Source of the DNA: a virus
Virus record (IMG/VR): IMGVR_UViG_3300008216_000009
Span: 31,607-95,606 of that record
DNA length: 64,000 bases
Direction: 5' to 3' (one strand)
The notes beneath the pieces were generated by a model that ran no database searches, was not told the origin of the DNA, and saw nothing but the letters and a program-made list of their open reading frames with translations. This document shows, piece by piece, positions 16,273 to 25,853 of this stretch. A program made the translations under genes and the position numbers. The stretch's first letter is position 1. Every line of letters begins with the position of its first letter.

Positions 16273-16601
16273 TGCCAGCACCTACTTTACGTACAAATAT
16301 TGAATTGATGCAGCCCCTACCTAATTACAGGGGGTTTACCACTACTACTTCTAGTGCGTCTGCTACTACTGTTATTGATGTTTCCTCTGTTATGGAGGAA
16401 GCCAACAGAATCACATTCGTAGTGGAGTTAGGGGATCTGTACATCAATTTTAATGGTGCGGCTACCAGTGACGGTACTTCTATGATAGTTCCAGCCGGGA
16501 CCGGTTATACAGAGGAGATGATGCGGATAACTGGGTTGATTTCAATTATGCGGGTTGGGACTACAAATGGTCGTATTCGTGGTTGTGTGTGGGGGAGGTA
16601 G
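16272..16601 (+). CDS. small beta-sandwich virion protein, paralog 1
   Basis: Shares IELMQP, YINFNG.AT..GTSM..PAGTGYTEE with the next gene. Confidence 0.7.
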   Translation: MPAPTLRTNIELMQPLPNYRGFTTTTSSASATTVIDVSSVMEEANRITFVVELGDLYINFNGAATSDGTSMIVPAGTGYTEEMMRITGLISIMRVGTTNGRIRGCVWGR

Positions 16602-16961
16602 GTGACTTATCCACACGCAGGAAAATCTGATGAAGTAATAAAGCTTCGCCTAGATATAGAGTTGATGCAGCCGTATGAGGCTTTTAAACCTTTTACGTTG
16701 ACCACTAGTGGAGATACCGCAGAAACGATTTTTACAGTTTCAGAATTTATGACAGAAGCGAATCACATTACGTTGGTTGTTGATCGGGCAGATATGTATA
16801 TAAATTTTAACGGAGATGCCACAACATCTGGTACTTCTATGTTGCTCCCCGCTGGTACTGGGTACACAGAGGAGTTCATTAGGCTGACTGGGAAGATTTC
16901 AGTGGTACGTGCGGGTTTATTAAATGCGAGGATAATTGGTGCTGTTTGGGGCACAAACTAA
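16602..16961 (+). CDS. small beta-sandwich virion protein, paralog 2
   Basis: Clear tandem paralog of 16272-16601. Confidence 0.7.
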   Translation: MTYPHAGKSDEVIKLRLDIELMQPYEAFKPFTLTTSGDTAETIFTVSEFMTEANHITLVVDRADMYINFNGDATTSGTSMLLPAGTGYTEEFIRLTGKISVVRAGLLNARIIGAVWGTN

Positions 16962-16982
16962 TAGAGTTATGGGGGGCTTAGA

Positions 16983-17945
16983 ATGCCATTAGACAAAGGT
17001 TTTGAGTTTCGTTTTGGGGAGCACGAATTTCGGACAGTACGGGAATCGATTGCTGCTCCAGTTAAGTTTGTTCCTTTTAGTAAGACTTTAGCAACTACTA
17101 ATACTGCTGAGGATTTGTTGACCACTGATCCTGATGTACCTGCGTATAATTTGGTTACTAATCCCCATATGGTTGGCAGCGGGACTCCTCCTGCAGGATG
17201 GACTGCTGTCAGTGCTACGGTGACTAGGGTAACCACTACTCCTAGGGTAGGCAGTCATTCCATGTCAGTTGAGACAGGCAATGCGGTGGCTGCTGAGGGT
17301 GCTTACTTTGAAGCAGCAGATATTCCACCCGGGAATTACGCCTTATCTGTCTATTTGAGGCGTGATGGTGGGGGGACTGCATATGTTAGGGCTTCCAGTG
17401 ATGGTGGTACTACATTTACTAATGGCAATGTAGTCACTATGGCAAATAACTGGAACGGTAGAAGTACAGTATTTCATAAGGTTAAGACTACCGAGACGAG
17501 TATTAGGCTTTATGTAGTTACCAATACCCAACAAAATATCACGTACTTAGTAGATTCTGCTCAAATAGAGCCATCGTGGCACGTAGTTATGGGGAGTGGA
17601 ACTTCAACTAGGGATCCCAATCCTCCCGTAGCGGCAGTTACTGCAGTTGTAGATCCTCTCAGTGACAGATTCTCACGGTGGCTTGGTACTACTGATGCGT
17701 CTAATTCAGTTCGTGAGCCAGGATTGAATGAGATTCATTACGTATATATGTGGGCAAGCCATGATACCTACGTAGATTTTGATAGGACGGTAGCTATTCG
17801 CACGGCTACTCCGTTGGGATATTATTTGACCGCTGGGATAGCCTATGCCCTAGATATACATAAAATAGTTAAGAATAATATTTCCTTTGTTAATGCGTCA
17901 GGAAGTGAAACACCTAAGGTCATCGGTTATGCGATGGGCTTTTAG
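16983..17945 (+). CDS. virion protein with inserted carbohydrate-binding-module-like domain
   Basis: NLVTNP...GW...GSHSM.V...Y.LSVYLR...W...VDSAQIE is a CBM4/9-like pattern. Confidence 0.65.
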   Translation: MPLDKGFEFRFGEHEFRTVRESIAAPVKFVPFSKTLATTNTAEDLLTTDPDVPAYNLVTNPHMVGSGTPPAGWTAVSATVTRVTTTPRVGSHSMSVETGNAVAAEGAYFEAADIPPGNYALSVYLRRDGGGTAYVRASSDGGTTFTNGNVVTMANNWNGRSTVFHKVKTTETSIRLYVVTNTQQNITYLVDSAQIEPSWHVVMGSGTSTRDPNPPVAAVTAVVDPLSDRFSRWLGTTDASNSVREPGLNEIHYVYMWASHDTYVDFDRTVAIRTATPLGYYLTAGIAYALDIHKIVKNNISFVNASGSETPKVIGYAMGF

Positions 17946-17957
17946 GGAGGATCCTAG

Positions 17958-18644
17958 ATGGGACTTTTCAATGTATATACAGTTTCGAACGCCTACAGGA
18001 GTGATTATTTTCAGTATCTGAGCGAACAGTGGGCAAACGACACCGATGAATTCACTGGGGCTTGGAATCGTAGCAGCACTTCTTTAATTACTCGTGTCAA
18101 AACTGATACGGATATGCCGAAGGCGCAGATTGCATTAACGTCTAACACGGCTGCACGTCTTCGAACTATTTTTACTTTTAGGGCCACTCCCGGTAAGTTT
18201 ACTGGAGCGGGTTCTACTACCATGGTTCGGGGTACTTTCATTGAGTGGGAAGCTAAATTATCTAATGTAGCTAACGTAGATAACTCCATTTTCTTTATGG
18301 GAGTGAATGCTTCTGCATCAGCTACGAGAGCAACCACTAATTTAATTGCATTTGGGTTATCCAGTGATAGTTTAATGGCTGTTTCTGATAATGCGGGTAC
18401 TGAGACTACCACCGCTATTTCAGGTATAACTTTGGCTGATCGTAATATGTATCGTCTGTCTATAACGGGTGGACAGATAGAATATTCTGTTAATGGAAAT
18501 ATTCTGGCTACTCACACTACTAATATTCCCGATGTAATTGGGTATCTTCAATTTAACCACGATACAGAGGCAGGGGCTTCTAATTTAGATATAGGTTTTG
18601 TTCATGTGTTTTATCGTGGTGTTGAGGATACTAGATCCTTTTAG
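17958..18644 (+). CDS. lectin/concanavalin-like virion protein
   Basis: EWEAK...FFMG...YRLSI.....EYSVNG..LATHTTNIP beta-sandwich pattern. Confidence 0.55.
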   Translation: MGLFNVYTVSNAYRSDYFQYLSEQWANDTDEFTGAWNRSSTSLITRVKTDTDMPKAQIALTSNTAARLRTIFTFRATPGKFTGAGSTTMVRGTFIEWEAKLSNVANVDNSIFFMGVNASASATRATTNLIAFGLSSDSLMAVSDNAGTETTTAISGITLADRNMYRLSITGGQIEYSVNGNILATHTTNIPDVIGYLQFNHDTEAGASNLDIGFVHVFYRGVEDTRSF

Positions 18645-18656
18645 GGGGGGCTATAG

Positions 18657-21600
18657 ATGCCTGTTGATCTGAGACAAATATCATTTTATCCGCTAAAGCG
18701 GCAATATATCGTTAGTGATTCTGAGCCTGGAATAGAGGTCGTTCAGAGCGGAAGCGGTGCCTATTTAAAATGCACTGATGAGAATGATGCGGTTGTTTTC
18801 CAAGTAGCGAATGATGGATTAATCTCATCTGCTGCTGGAGCGGCTGAGTATTCGACACTCCAGTCCTCCTCTGGAACTCCAATCACACTGGTTGCTCAGG
18901 GATCCAATCAGGATGTGCGGTTTATGCACACCGCCAACAGCACTGCCAATGTGATGATGTTCCTTGACGGGGCCACCAAGCATATGAGTATAGGTGGTGC
19001 CCATGACTCTACTCCTGACAGTAGGCTCCATGTTTTTGGTGCTACCGCAGGAAGTGTTACAGCAGTAACAGATACAATCATAACTGCTGAGAATGATGAT
19101 AATGCTTTTATCAGCCTCTTAGCTCCAACCTCTAGCGGAATTCTATTCGGAGATGTGGCTGATGCGGATATAGGCCGTATCACCTACACCCATTCTGATA
19201 ATGCTTTAAATCTTTATGTATCTGCTTCTCAACAGTTTGCTTATACCGACGCTACTTTGCAGTTCAAAAAGGCTACGAGTCTTACAACCAGTGCTGGTGC
19301 ATTAACTATTGCCCCAGTATCGGGTGCTCATTTAGATCTTACTCTGGGTGGTGCGGGTGATCTTAGGGTAAACACAAGTCAACTCTATGTGGACACGAGT
19401 GCTGCCAGGGTTGGTGTGAATACGGCTACTCCTTCTGCTGGGTTAGAGGTAGTGGTTTCTGAATCTGCTACTGTCCCTGCTCTTATGGTTCAGAATTCTT
19501 TTAATGCTGCTTCTAATCAGGTAGCAGTTTTTAGGGGGTCTAATAGAGGCACGGCTGCAGATAACGATAGTTCTTACATCACTTATGAGATGGAAGATTC
19601 GGCTGGAAATATGGTGGAAGTTGGTCGCCAGATATGGCAGATCAATGATGTAACCAGCAATACGAAAGATTCTAAGTTCACCTGGCAGGTTATGGTGAAC
19701 AATACTTTAACTGACATGTTGGAGATTAGTTCTTCAGCCGCTGCTGTACCAACTGCCACGTTTGCCAGCGGTGATGCCATATTCAATGACAATGTTTCTA
19801 TTAGATTAGGGACTGCTGGTGTAGAGGCCGATCTTTCTTCCAATGGGACCGATGTTAAGTGGGAATTTGCTGCTACTGCTGATCTTCTCATTGGTAGAGC
19901 TAGTTCACCTGCTCCTGATGGGCTTGTACACATATGGGCAGCGACTGCTGGTTCGGTGCAAGCTCCTACGGATTCATTGCTCACTCTTGAGAAAGATGAC
20001 AATGCATACATTACTTTTTTGGCTCCTACTGTCAGCGGTATTAATTTTGGCGATGCTGCCGATAATAATGTTGGTAGTATTACTTATACTCATTCAAGCA
20101 ATACTTTAAATACCACCATCAATGCCGCTTCCCAGTTAAATCATACTGATGGGGCATTTGCCTTTGCCAAAGCCACAACGGTCAGTACTTCTTCTGGAAC
20201 TCTGACTATAAATGCATTCACCGCTGGCGGTGCCATAAATTTTGCTAGTCAGGCAATGACTAGTGTAGATATAAACTCTGGGACTATTGGCGGGGTTACG
20301 ATTGATGGTACTTCTACGGCTACGGCTGATGTTACTTTCAATGACAATGTAAAAGTGACATTAGGCACTGGTGGAGATGTAGATGTCTACTATGACGCTA
20401 CTGATATGGTCATCAATACCCGGGTTGCTGGCACTGGAGATTTAGTAACACACAGTCAGATTGTCTGGGGTACTGGAGTAGCTGTAACAGCCGCTGACTA
20501 TTCCATAGGCAGGGATGCTGATGGTACGAATCAGATGCATCTTAATGTGCCCTCCAGTTCTGGATGGGAATTTTCGATAAATGACACTGCCAAGCTCACT
20601 TATGCTACTGGTGCATTTAACTTTACTGAAGCTACTTCGATTACCACTTCTGCAGGTCAATTGACTATTGATGGTGCTGGTGGGGTTGTTATTAATGAGG
20701 ACGGAGATGATGAGGATTTTCGCATTGAGACTAATAGCAATGCCAATACCTTAGTTATAGATGCCAACACATTTGGTGGTACGGGTTCGATTGGACTAGG
20801 AAATGCAGTAGTAAATACTGCTTACCTACGAATAGCTCCCATAGCGATTACATCGACTGCTGACCAGCCGTATGCTGCGGTACGAATCGCTCCTGTTGGT
20901 GTAACGGTTCCTAGTGGAACATCCTCAGTAGTCTCTAGCCTTACTGTAGTAGAGCCAGTTATATCTGCCACAGGCACGGTGACGGTTGCTGCTACAGTTT
21001 ATATTCAGAATGCACCTACTGAGGGTACTAATGATTATGCTCTCTTTGTAGATGCTGGGGCTACTCGACTTGATGGAACCTTAACCGCTAGTGGCGGCGG
21101 AGCACTAACTGGAACATGGTCTGATCTTGGAACTGTAAGCACCATAGATATAAATGGTGGGTCTATAGATGGGATTACATTAGGGACTAATGCTGCTGTT
21201 ACTCAAGCTGTAATTGATGATATTGACCTAAACGGCAAGGTCATCACCATGACAGGCAGTAGCAGCGACACGGCAGTATTCACTGCTGGCACTAACGGCA
21301 CGTTAAGTATAGTAACCACTGACGCTGCCGCTGCCGCCGCAAATATTCAGATCACTGCTGATGGCACAGTGGACATAGATTCGGCTGGGGTACTCACATT
21401 AGATTCTGGAGCAGCTATTAATTTAGAACCTGCAGCAGGGTCAGCTATTCTTCTTGACGGGACAATCAGCATTGATGGCGGTGCAGTGACAGGGGTGGTA
21501 AGTATTTTCCAAACCGATGTAAAAATTGGTGAGGATGATGAGACCAAGATAGATTTTGAGACTGTTAACACTATTAATTTCTATGTAAACAATGCTAAAG

Positions 21601-24600
21601 ATTTAGTTTTATCTGAAAATGCCTTAACTCCCGGCACAAGTGATGGCACTGCTTTGGGAACTACGTCTCTGATGTGGTCTGACTTATTCCTAGCAAGTGG
21701 GAGTGTAGTCAACTTCAATAATGGAGATGTAACGCTCACTCATTCAGCTAATACTCTTACCTTAGCGGGGGGGACACTAGCTGCTGCCGCCATAACAGGC
21801 ACCACGATTGATGCTTCGACTGACTTTACGATTGGAAGTACGGTTATTACAGACGATGTAATAACTTTCACCCCAAGCTCCAGCGATACCGTAACACTGA
21901 CCTCTTCTACAAATGGAGCCTTTTCACTTGTAACAGTTGATGACGCTGCGGCAGCAGCTAACATTCAGATTACCGCCGATGGGACAGTAGATATAGATTC
22001 TGCAGGAGTGCTGACCTTAGATTCTGGTGCCGCTATTAATTTAGAGCCAGCGGGGGGATCTGCCATTCTGCTTGATGGGACAATCAGCGTTGACGCTGGG
22101 GTAGTAACAGGCGCAACAAGCATTACATCCACAGCATTTCTAGGGACTCTTGATGGAGTTGTGGGAGGGAATACTCCCGCTGCAATTACAGGCACAGCCA
22201 TTATAGGCACAACAATAGATGCCACTACCGATTTTACTATCGGTTCTCTTGTTATTACTGATGATTCAATAGTAATGACTCCAACTGCCAGTGATACAGT
22301 AACTATTGCTGGTGCCGCTAATGGAGCCTTCTCTATTGTTACTGTAGATGCTGGTGCTGCAGCGGCTAATATTCAGATTACTGCCGATGGAACGGTAGAT
22401 ATAGATTCTGCGGGTGTTCTCACTCTGGATTCAGGAGCGGCGATCAATCTAGAACCTGCGGCAGGGTCTGCGATCCTTTTGGATGGAACTATAAGTGTCG
22501 ATGCGGGGGTGGTCACTAATGCGACTAGTATTACTTCAACAGATTTTGTTGGAAATATAACTGGAACCGTTCTTACTGCGACTCAAAACAGTATTACCAC
22601 CATGACGGGTTTGGTTACCACTGGAGCTTTGAATGCTGGTTCTATCACCTCTGGATTCACTTCTATAGATGTAGGATCAGGAGCCATAACCACAACTGGC
22701 ACCGTTACGACTGGTGCGCTTGCCATAAATGGCAACATTACTACAGCCGCTGCTCGTACCTGGACTCTGTTGGATAACGATGCCACTGCTCTTAGTTTTG
22801 ATGCTTCTGGTAAAACAGGTATGCTCGTTTTTGATACTAGAAATGGTTCTGAACGAGTAACTCTGAGTGGCAATGTGTTGGTATCTGGAGACTTTGAGGT
22901 AGCTGGTTCTAGTACAACAGTCAGTACGACTGTCATAGTTGCCGATCCATTAGTAGCTCTGGCAACGACTAACACTGGCAATGCAGTTGATATTGGATTT
23001 TTTGGTAGGTATCGCACAAATGGTACAAACCTCTACACAGGGTTTGTTTGGGATGCAAACGTTTCCAAGTACATTCTTTTCCATGGAAATCAGGCTGCAC
23101 CTGACACAACTGTAAACACAGGTGGAACAGGGTACACCGCTTCTACACTAGTTCTTGGAACTCTTGAGTCATCGAATATTGCTGCCCATACCTTAACGGG
23201 TAAGCTGACTGCTGGTTCTGTAGAGATAGAAGGATCAGGTTTCGATATAAATGGCGGAGATATGACTGGTGTCACTATCTCTGGAGCTTTGACATGGTCT
23301 GCTGCCCAGGATTTAAACAATCAGGCGTTAACTAATATCAATGTGGATTCGGGTGCTATAGATGGAGTAACTCTAGGCACTAACTCTGCAATAACTAATG
23401 CAGTTATTGATGATGTGGCTATCAATGGCAAGGTAATCACTATGACAGGTAGTGCCAGTGATACTGCGACCATGACCGCAGCCACTAACGGTGCTTTTTC
23501 TCTCGTTACGGTTGATGCTGCTGCCGCTGCTGCAAATATCCAAATCACGGCAGACGGAACAGTGGATATAGATTCCGCTGGAGCATTAACACTGGATTCT
23601 GGGGCTGCGATTAATCTGGAACCTGCCTCTGGGTCTGTAATCTTGTTGGACGGCACAATAAGTGTTGATGCTGGTGTAGTAACGGGAGTTACGGCGTTTA
23701 CCTCCGCTACGATTGATGCTACTACTGATTTTACGATTGGTTCCCTTATTATTACTGACGATCAGATACAAATGACTCCAACTGCCAGCGATACAATAAC
23801 TATTGCTGGCGCAGCTAATGGAGCCTTTTCTATTGTTACCGTCGATGACGCAGCGGCTGCTGCCAACATTCAGATCACTGCTGATGGTACGGTAGACATT
23901 GATTCAGCGGGAGTCCTGACATTAGACTCAGGTGCTGCTATCAATATAGAACCTGCGGGTGGGTCCGCTATTTTACTTGATGGCACTATTAGTATAGATG
24001 CGGGAGTGGTGACCGGGGCGACCAGCATCACTTCTACGGCATTTCTAGGTACTCTTGATGGCGTTATAGGAGGAAACACCCCTGCGGCGATTACAGGTAC
24101 AACCATTGATGCAACTACTGACTTTACTATAGGTAGTACGGTTATTACTGACGATGTAATCACATTTACTCCAAGTTCTAGTGACACTGTAACTATGACC
24201 TCCAGTACGAATGGAGCCTTTTCCTTAGTTACAGTTGACAATGCCGCTGCTGCTGCAAATATCCAAATTACAGCGGATGGAACTGTAGATATAGACTCAG
24301 CGGGTGTTCTCACTCTGGATTCAGGAGCGGCTATTAACATAGAACCTGCTGGTGGTTCTGCCATTCTGCTCGACGGAACTATCAGTATTGATGCAGGTGT
24401 GGTTATTGGAGCAACCAGCATCACTTCCACTAATTTTGTAGGAACTGTCACTACAGCTACTCAAAATAGTATTACCACTATGACGGGCTTGGTTACTACA
24501 GGAGCCTTGAACTCAGGTTCAATAGCCAGTGGGTTTGGGGCAATAGATATTGGTTCGGATAACCTAACTGCCACAGGCACGATATCGCTGGGAGCGACCA

Positions 24601-25853
24601 GTTTTAACGATCAGAACCTGACAAATGTAGGGGGCATAGCATTAGATACGATTACTTCTGATGCTGGTGCTGGAATCACTATTACGCCTACTACGGATAC
24701 TTTCTTTTCTAATGGTACTGGTGTGGTAATAGGACATACGGCTCAGTTGACTGTTTCCGCTGCAGACGGTGCTACTCCCCGTCAACCAGAGTTTCAGATA
24801 GCTGGAACTGTAGGCACTATAGATGGGGCAGCATTGATTACCACCTTCAATACGAATGGGGCGGGTATTGGGAACGCATCGACATTGAATTTCGCTAAGA
24901 GTAGAGGCAGTTTTGGTACTGTTGGCACGGCAGTGGGGGTTACTGATTCTCTTGGTACGATAGTTGCATATGGTGATGATGGTACTGATATGTATTCACC
25001 TGCCGCAGCCATTCATTTTGAGGTTGATGGCACAGTTGGAACGGGTGTAATGCCAGGGAAAATAGCGTTCTACACGACTCCAGCTAGTTCAGAAGCTTTA
25101 GCAGAGAGAGTGCGTATTGATGCTCTTGGTCGTGTCTTTATAGGGGACACTACTATTGGCACTTCGGTAGATATGGATACAGCGGGATTGGTCATAAATC
25201 AAGCAGGTGGGGATAAGCATATATTGGCTCTTAAATCATCCGATGTGGGTCATGGTATGACCACCGTTGCCGAGACTGATACTTATGGTTTTATTGAGAA
25301 GAGCGATACTATGGGTGGTTTACGTATAGAAGGTCTTAAAGCTTCTGGTGGCACTCATTCTGGATTATCCATGAGGGGTGTCATAGATGGTACGCAAAAC
25401 AGCACTAAAGGGACTGCTGGGACTGGCACTATAACTTTAGATACTGCCATTAGGAATGGAACTGGGGTAACAGCAGTAGGAGCTAACGGTAATATATTTT
25501 CTATTCGAAATAATGGAGCGACTAGGTTCATATTTGATGCTGAAGGCGATTTTTATTCAGATGCCAGTATCAATGCTGATTTCTACGATGACTACAATGA
25601 CCCTGTGCTAGTAAGAGATTTGGATTTAGCCATTACGCAGCGGTTTGATCAGTGGACTCAGTACAACAGGGCAGATGTGGAGAGAGCCAAGTTAGTTCAC
25701 TTCGATGAGAAGGATCAGCCCTTCGTTAACTGGACTAGGGTATGGAAGCTCCACAATGGTGCAATCTGGCAATTATATGAGAAAATGGAGAGGTTAGAAG
25801 AAGAGAATAAGTCCTTGAAAGAAAATCTCTCAAAGATGTTGACGGAGGGTTAA
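18657..25853 (+). CDS. giant repetitive fibre protein (2398 aa) with C-terminal chaperone-like coiled-coil domain
   Basis: Rich in T/G/A/S/D beta repeats, six near-identical ~65-aa repeats, C-terminal ...GAIWQLYEKMERLEEEN. Confidence 0.85.
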   Translation: MPVDLRQISFYPLKRQYIVSDSEPGIEVVQSGSGAYLKCTDENDAVVFQVANDGLISSAAGAAEYSTLQSSSGTPITLVAQGSNQDVRFMHTANSTANVMMFLDGATKHMSIGGAHDSTPDSRLHVFGATAGSVTAVTDTIITAENDDNAFISLLAPTSSGILFGDVADADIGRITYTHSDNALNLYVSASQQFAYTDATLQFKKATSLTTSAGALTIAPVSGAHLDLTLGGAGDLRVNTSQLYVDTSAARVGVNTATPSAGLEVVVSESATVPALMVQNSFNAASNQVAVFRGSNRGTAADNDSSYITYEMEDSAGNMVEVGRQIWQINDVTSNTKDSKFTWQVMVNNTLTDMLEISSSAAAVPTATFASGDAIFNDNVSIRLGTAGVEADLSSNGTDVKWEFAATADLLIGRASSPAPDGLVHIWAATAGSVQAPTDSLLTLEKDDNAYITFLAPTVSGINFGDAADNNVGSITYTHSSNTLNTTINAASQLNHTDGAFAFAKATTVSTSSGTLTINAFTAGGAINFASQAMTSVDINSGTIGGVTIDGTSTATADVTFNDNVKVTLGTGGDVDVYYDATDMVINTRVAGTGDLVTHSQIVWGTGVAVTAADYSIGRDADGTNQMHLNVPSSSGWEFSINDTAKLTYATGAFNFTEATSITTSAGQLTIDGAGGVVINEDGDDEDFRIETNSNANTLVIDANTFGGTGSIGLGNAVVNTAYLRIAPIAITSTADQPYAAVRIAPVGVTVPSGTSSVVSSLTVVEPVISATGTVTVAATVYIQNAPTEGTNDYALFVDAGATRLDGTLTASGGGALTGTWSDLGTVSTIDINGGSIDGITLGTNAAVTQAVIDDIDLNGKVITMTGSSSDTAVFTAGTNGTLSIVTTDAAAAAANIQITADGTVDIDSAGVLTLDSGAAINLEPAAGSAILLDGTISIDGGAVTGVVSIFQTDVKIGEDDETKIDFETVNTINFYVNNAKDLVLSENALTPGTSDGTALGTTSLMWSDLFLASGSVVNFNNGDVTLTHSANTLTLAGGTLAAAAITGTTIDASTDFTIGSTVITDDVITFTPSSSDTVTLTSSTNGAFSLVTVDDAAAAANIQITADGTVDIDSAGVLTLDSGAAINLEPAGGSAILLDGTISVDAGVVTGATSITSTAFLGTLDGVVGGNTPAAITGTAIIGTTIDATTDFTIGSLVITDDSIVMTPTASDTVTIAGAANGAFSIVTVDAGAAAANIQITADGTVDIDSAGVLTLDSGAAINLEPAAGSAILLDGTISVDAGVVTNATSITSTDFVGNITGTVLTATQNSITTMTGLVTTGALNAGSITSGFTSIDVGSGAITTTGTVTTGALAINGNITTAAARTWTLLDNDATALSFDASGKTGMLVFDTRNGSERVTLSGNVLVSGDFEVAGSSTTVSTTVIVADPLVALATTNTGNAVDIGFFGRYRTNGTNLYTGFVWDANVSKYILFHGNQAAPDTTVNTGGTGYTASTLVLGTLESSNIAAHTLTGKLTAGSVEIEGSGFDINGGDMTGVTISGALTWSAAQDLNNQALTNINVDSGAIDGVTLGTNSAITNAVIDDVAINGKVITMTGSASDTATMTAATNGAFSLVTVDAAAAAANIQITADGTVDIDSAGALTLDSGAAINLEPASGSVILLDGTISVDAGVVTGVTAFTSATIDATTDFTIGSLIITDDQIQMTPTASDTITIAGAANGAFSIVTVDDAAAAANIQITADGTVDIDSAGVLTLDSGAAINIEPAGGSAILLDGTISIDAGVVTGATSITSTAFLGTLDGVIGGNTPAAITGTTIDATTDFTIGSTVITDDVITFTPSSSDTVTMTSSTNGAFSLVTVDNAAAAANIQITADGTVDIDSAGVLTLDSGAAINIEPAGGSAILLDGTISIDAGVVIGATSITSTNFVGTVTTATQNSITTMTGLVTTGALNSGSIASGFGAIDIGSDNLTATGTISLGATSFNDQNLTNVGGIALDTITSDAGAGITITPTTDTFFSNGTGVVIGHTAQLTVSAADGATPRQPEFQIAGTVGTIDGAALITTFNTNGAGIGNASTLNFAKSRGSFGTVGTAVGVTDSLGTIVAYGDDGTDMYSPAAAIHFEVDGTVGTGVMPGKIAFYTTPASSEALAERVRIDALGRVFIGDTTIGTSVDMDTAGLVINQAGGDKHILALKSSDVGHGMTTVAETDTYGFIEKSDTMGGLRIEGLKASGGTHSGLSMRGVIDGTQNSTKGTAGTGTITLDTAIRNGTGVTAVGANGNIFSIRNNGATRFIFDAEGDFYSDASINADFYDDYNDPVLVRDLDLAITQRFDQWTQYNRADVERAKLVHFDEKDQPFVNWTRVWKLHNGAIWQLYEKMERLEEENKSLKENLSKMLTEG
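21297..24410 (+). repeat. six copies of a ~65-aa repeat (AAAANIQITADGTVDIDSAGVLTLDSGAAINLEPAxGSAILLDGTIS)
   Basis: Copies start near 21297, 21915, 22323, 23490, 23820 and 24213. Confidence 0.95.
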
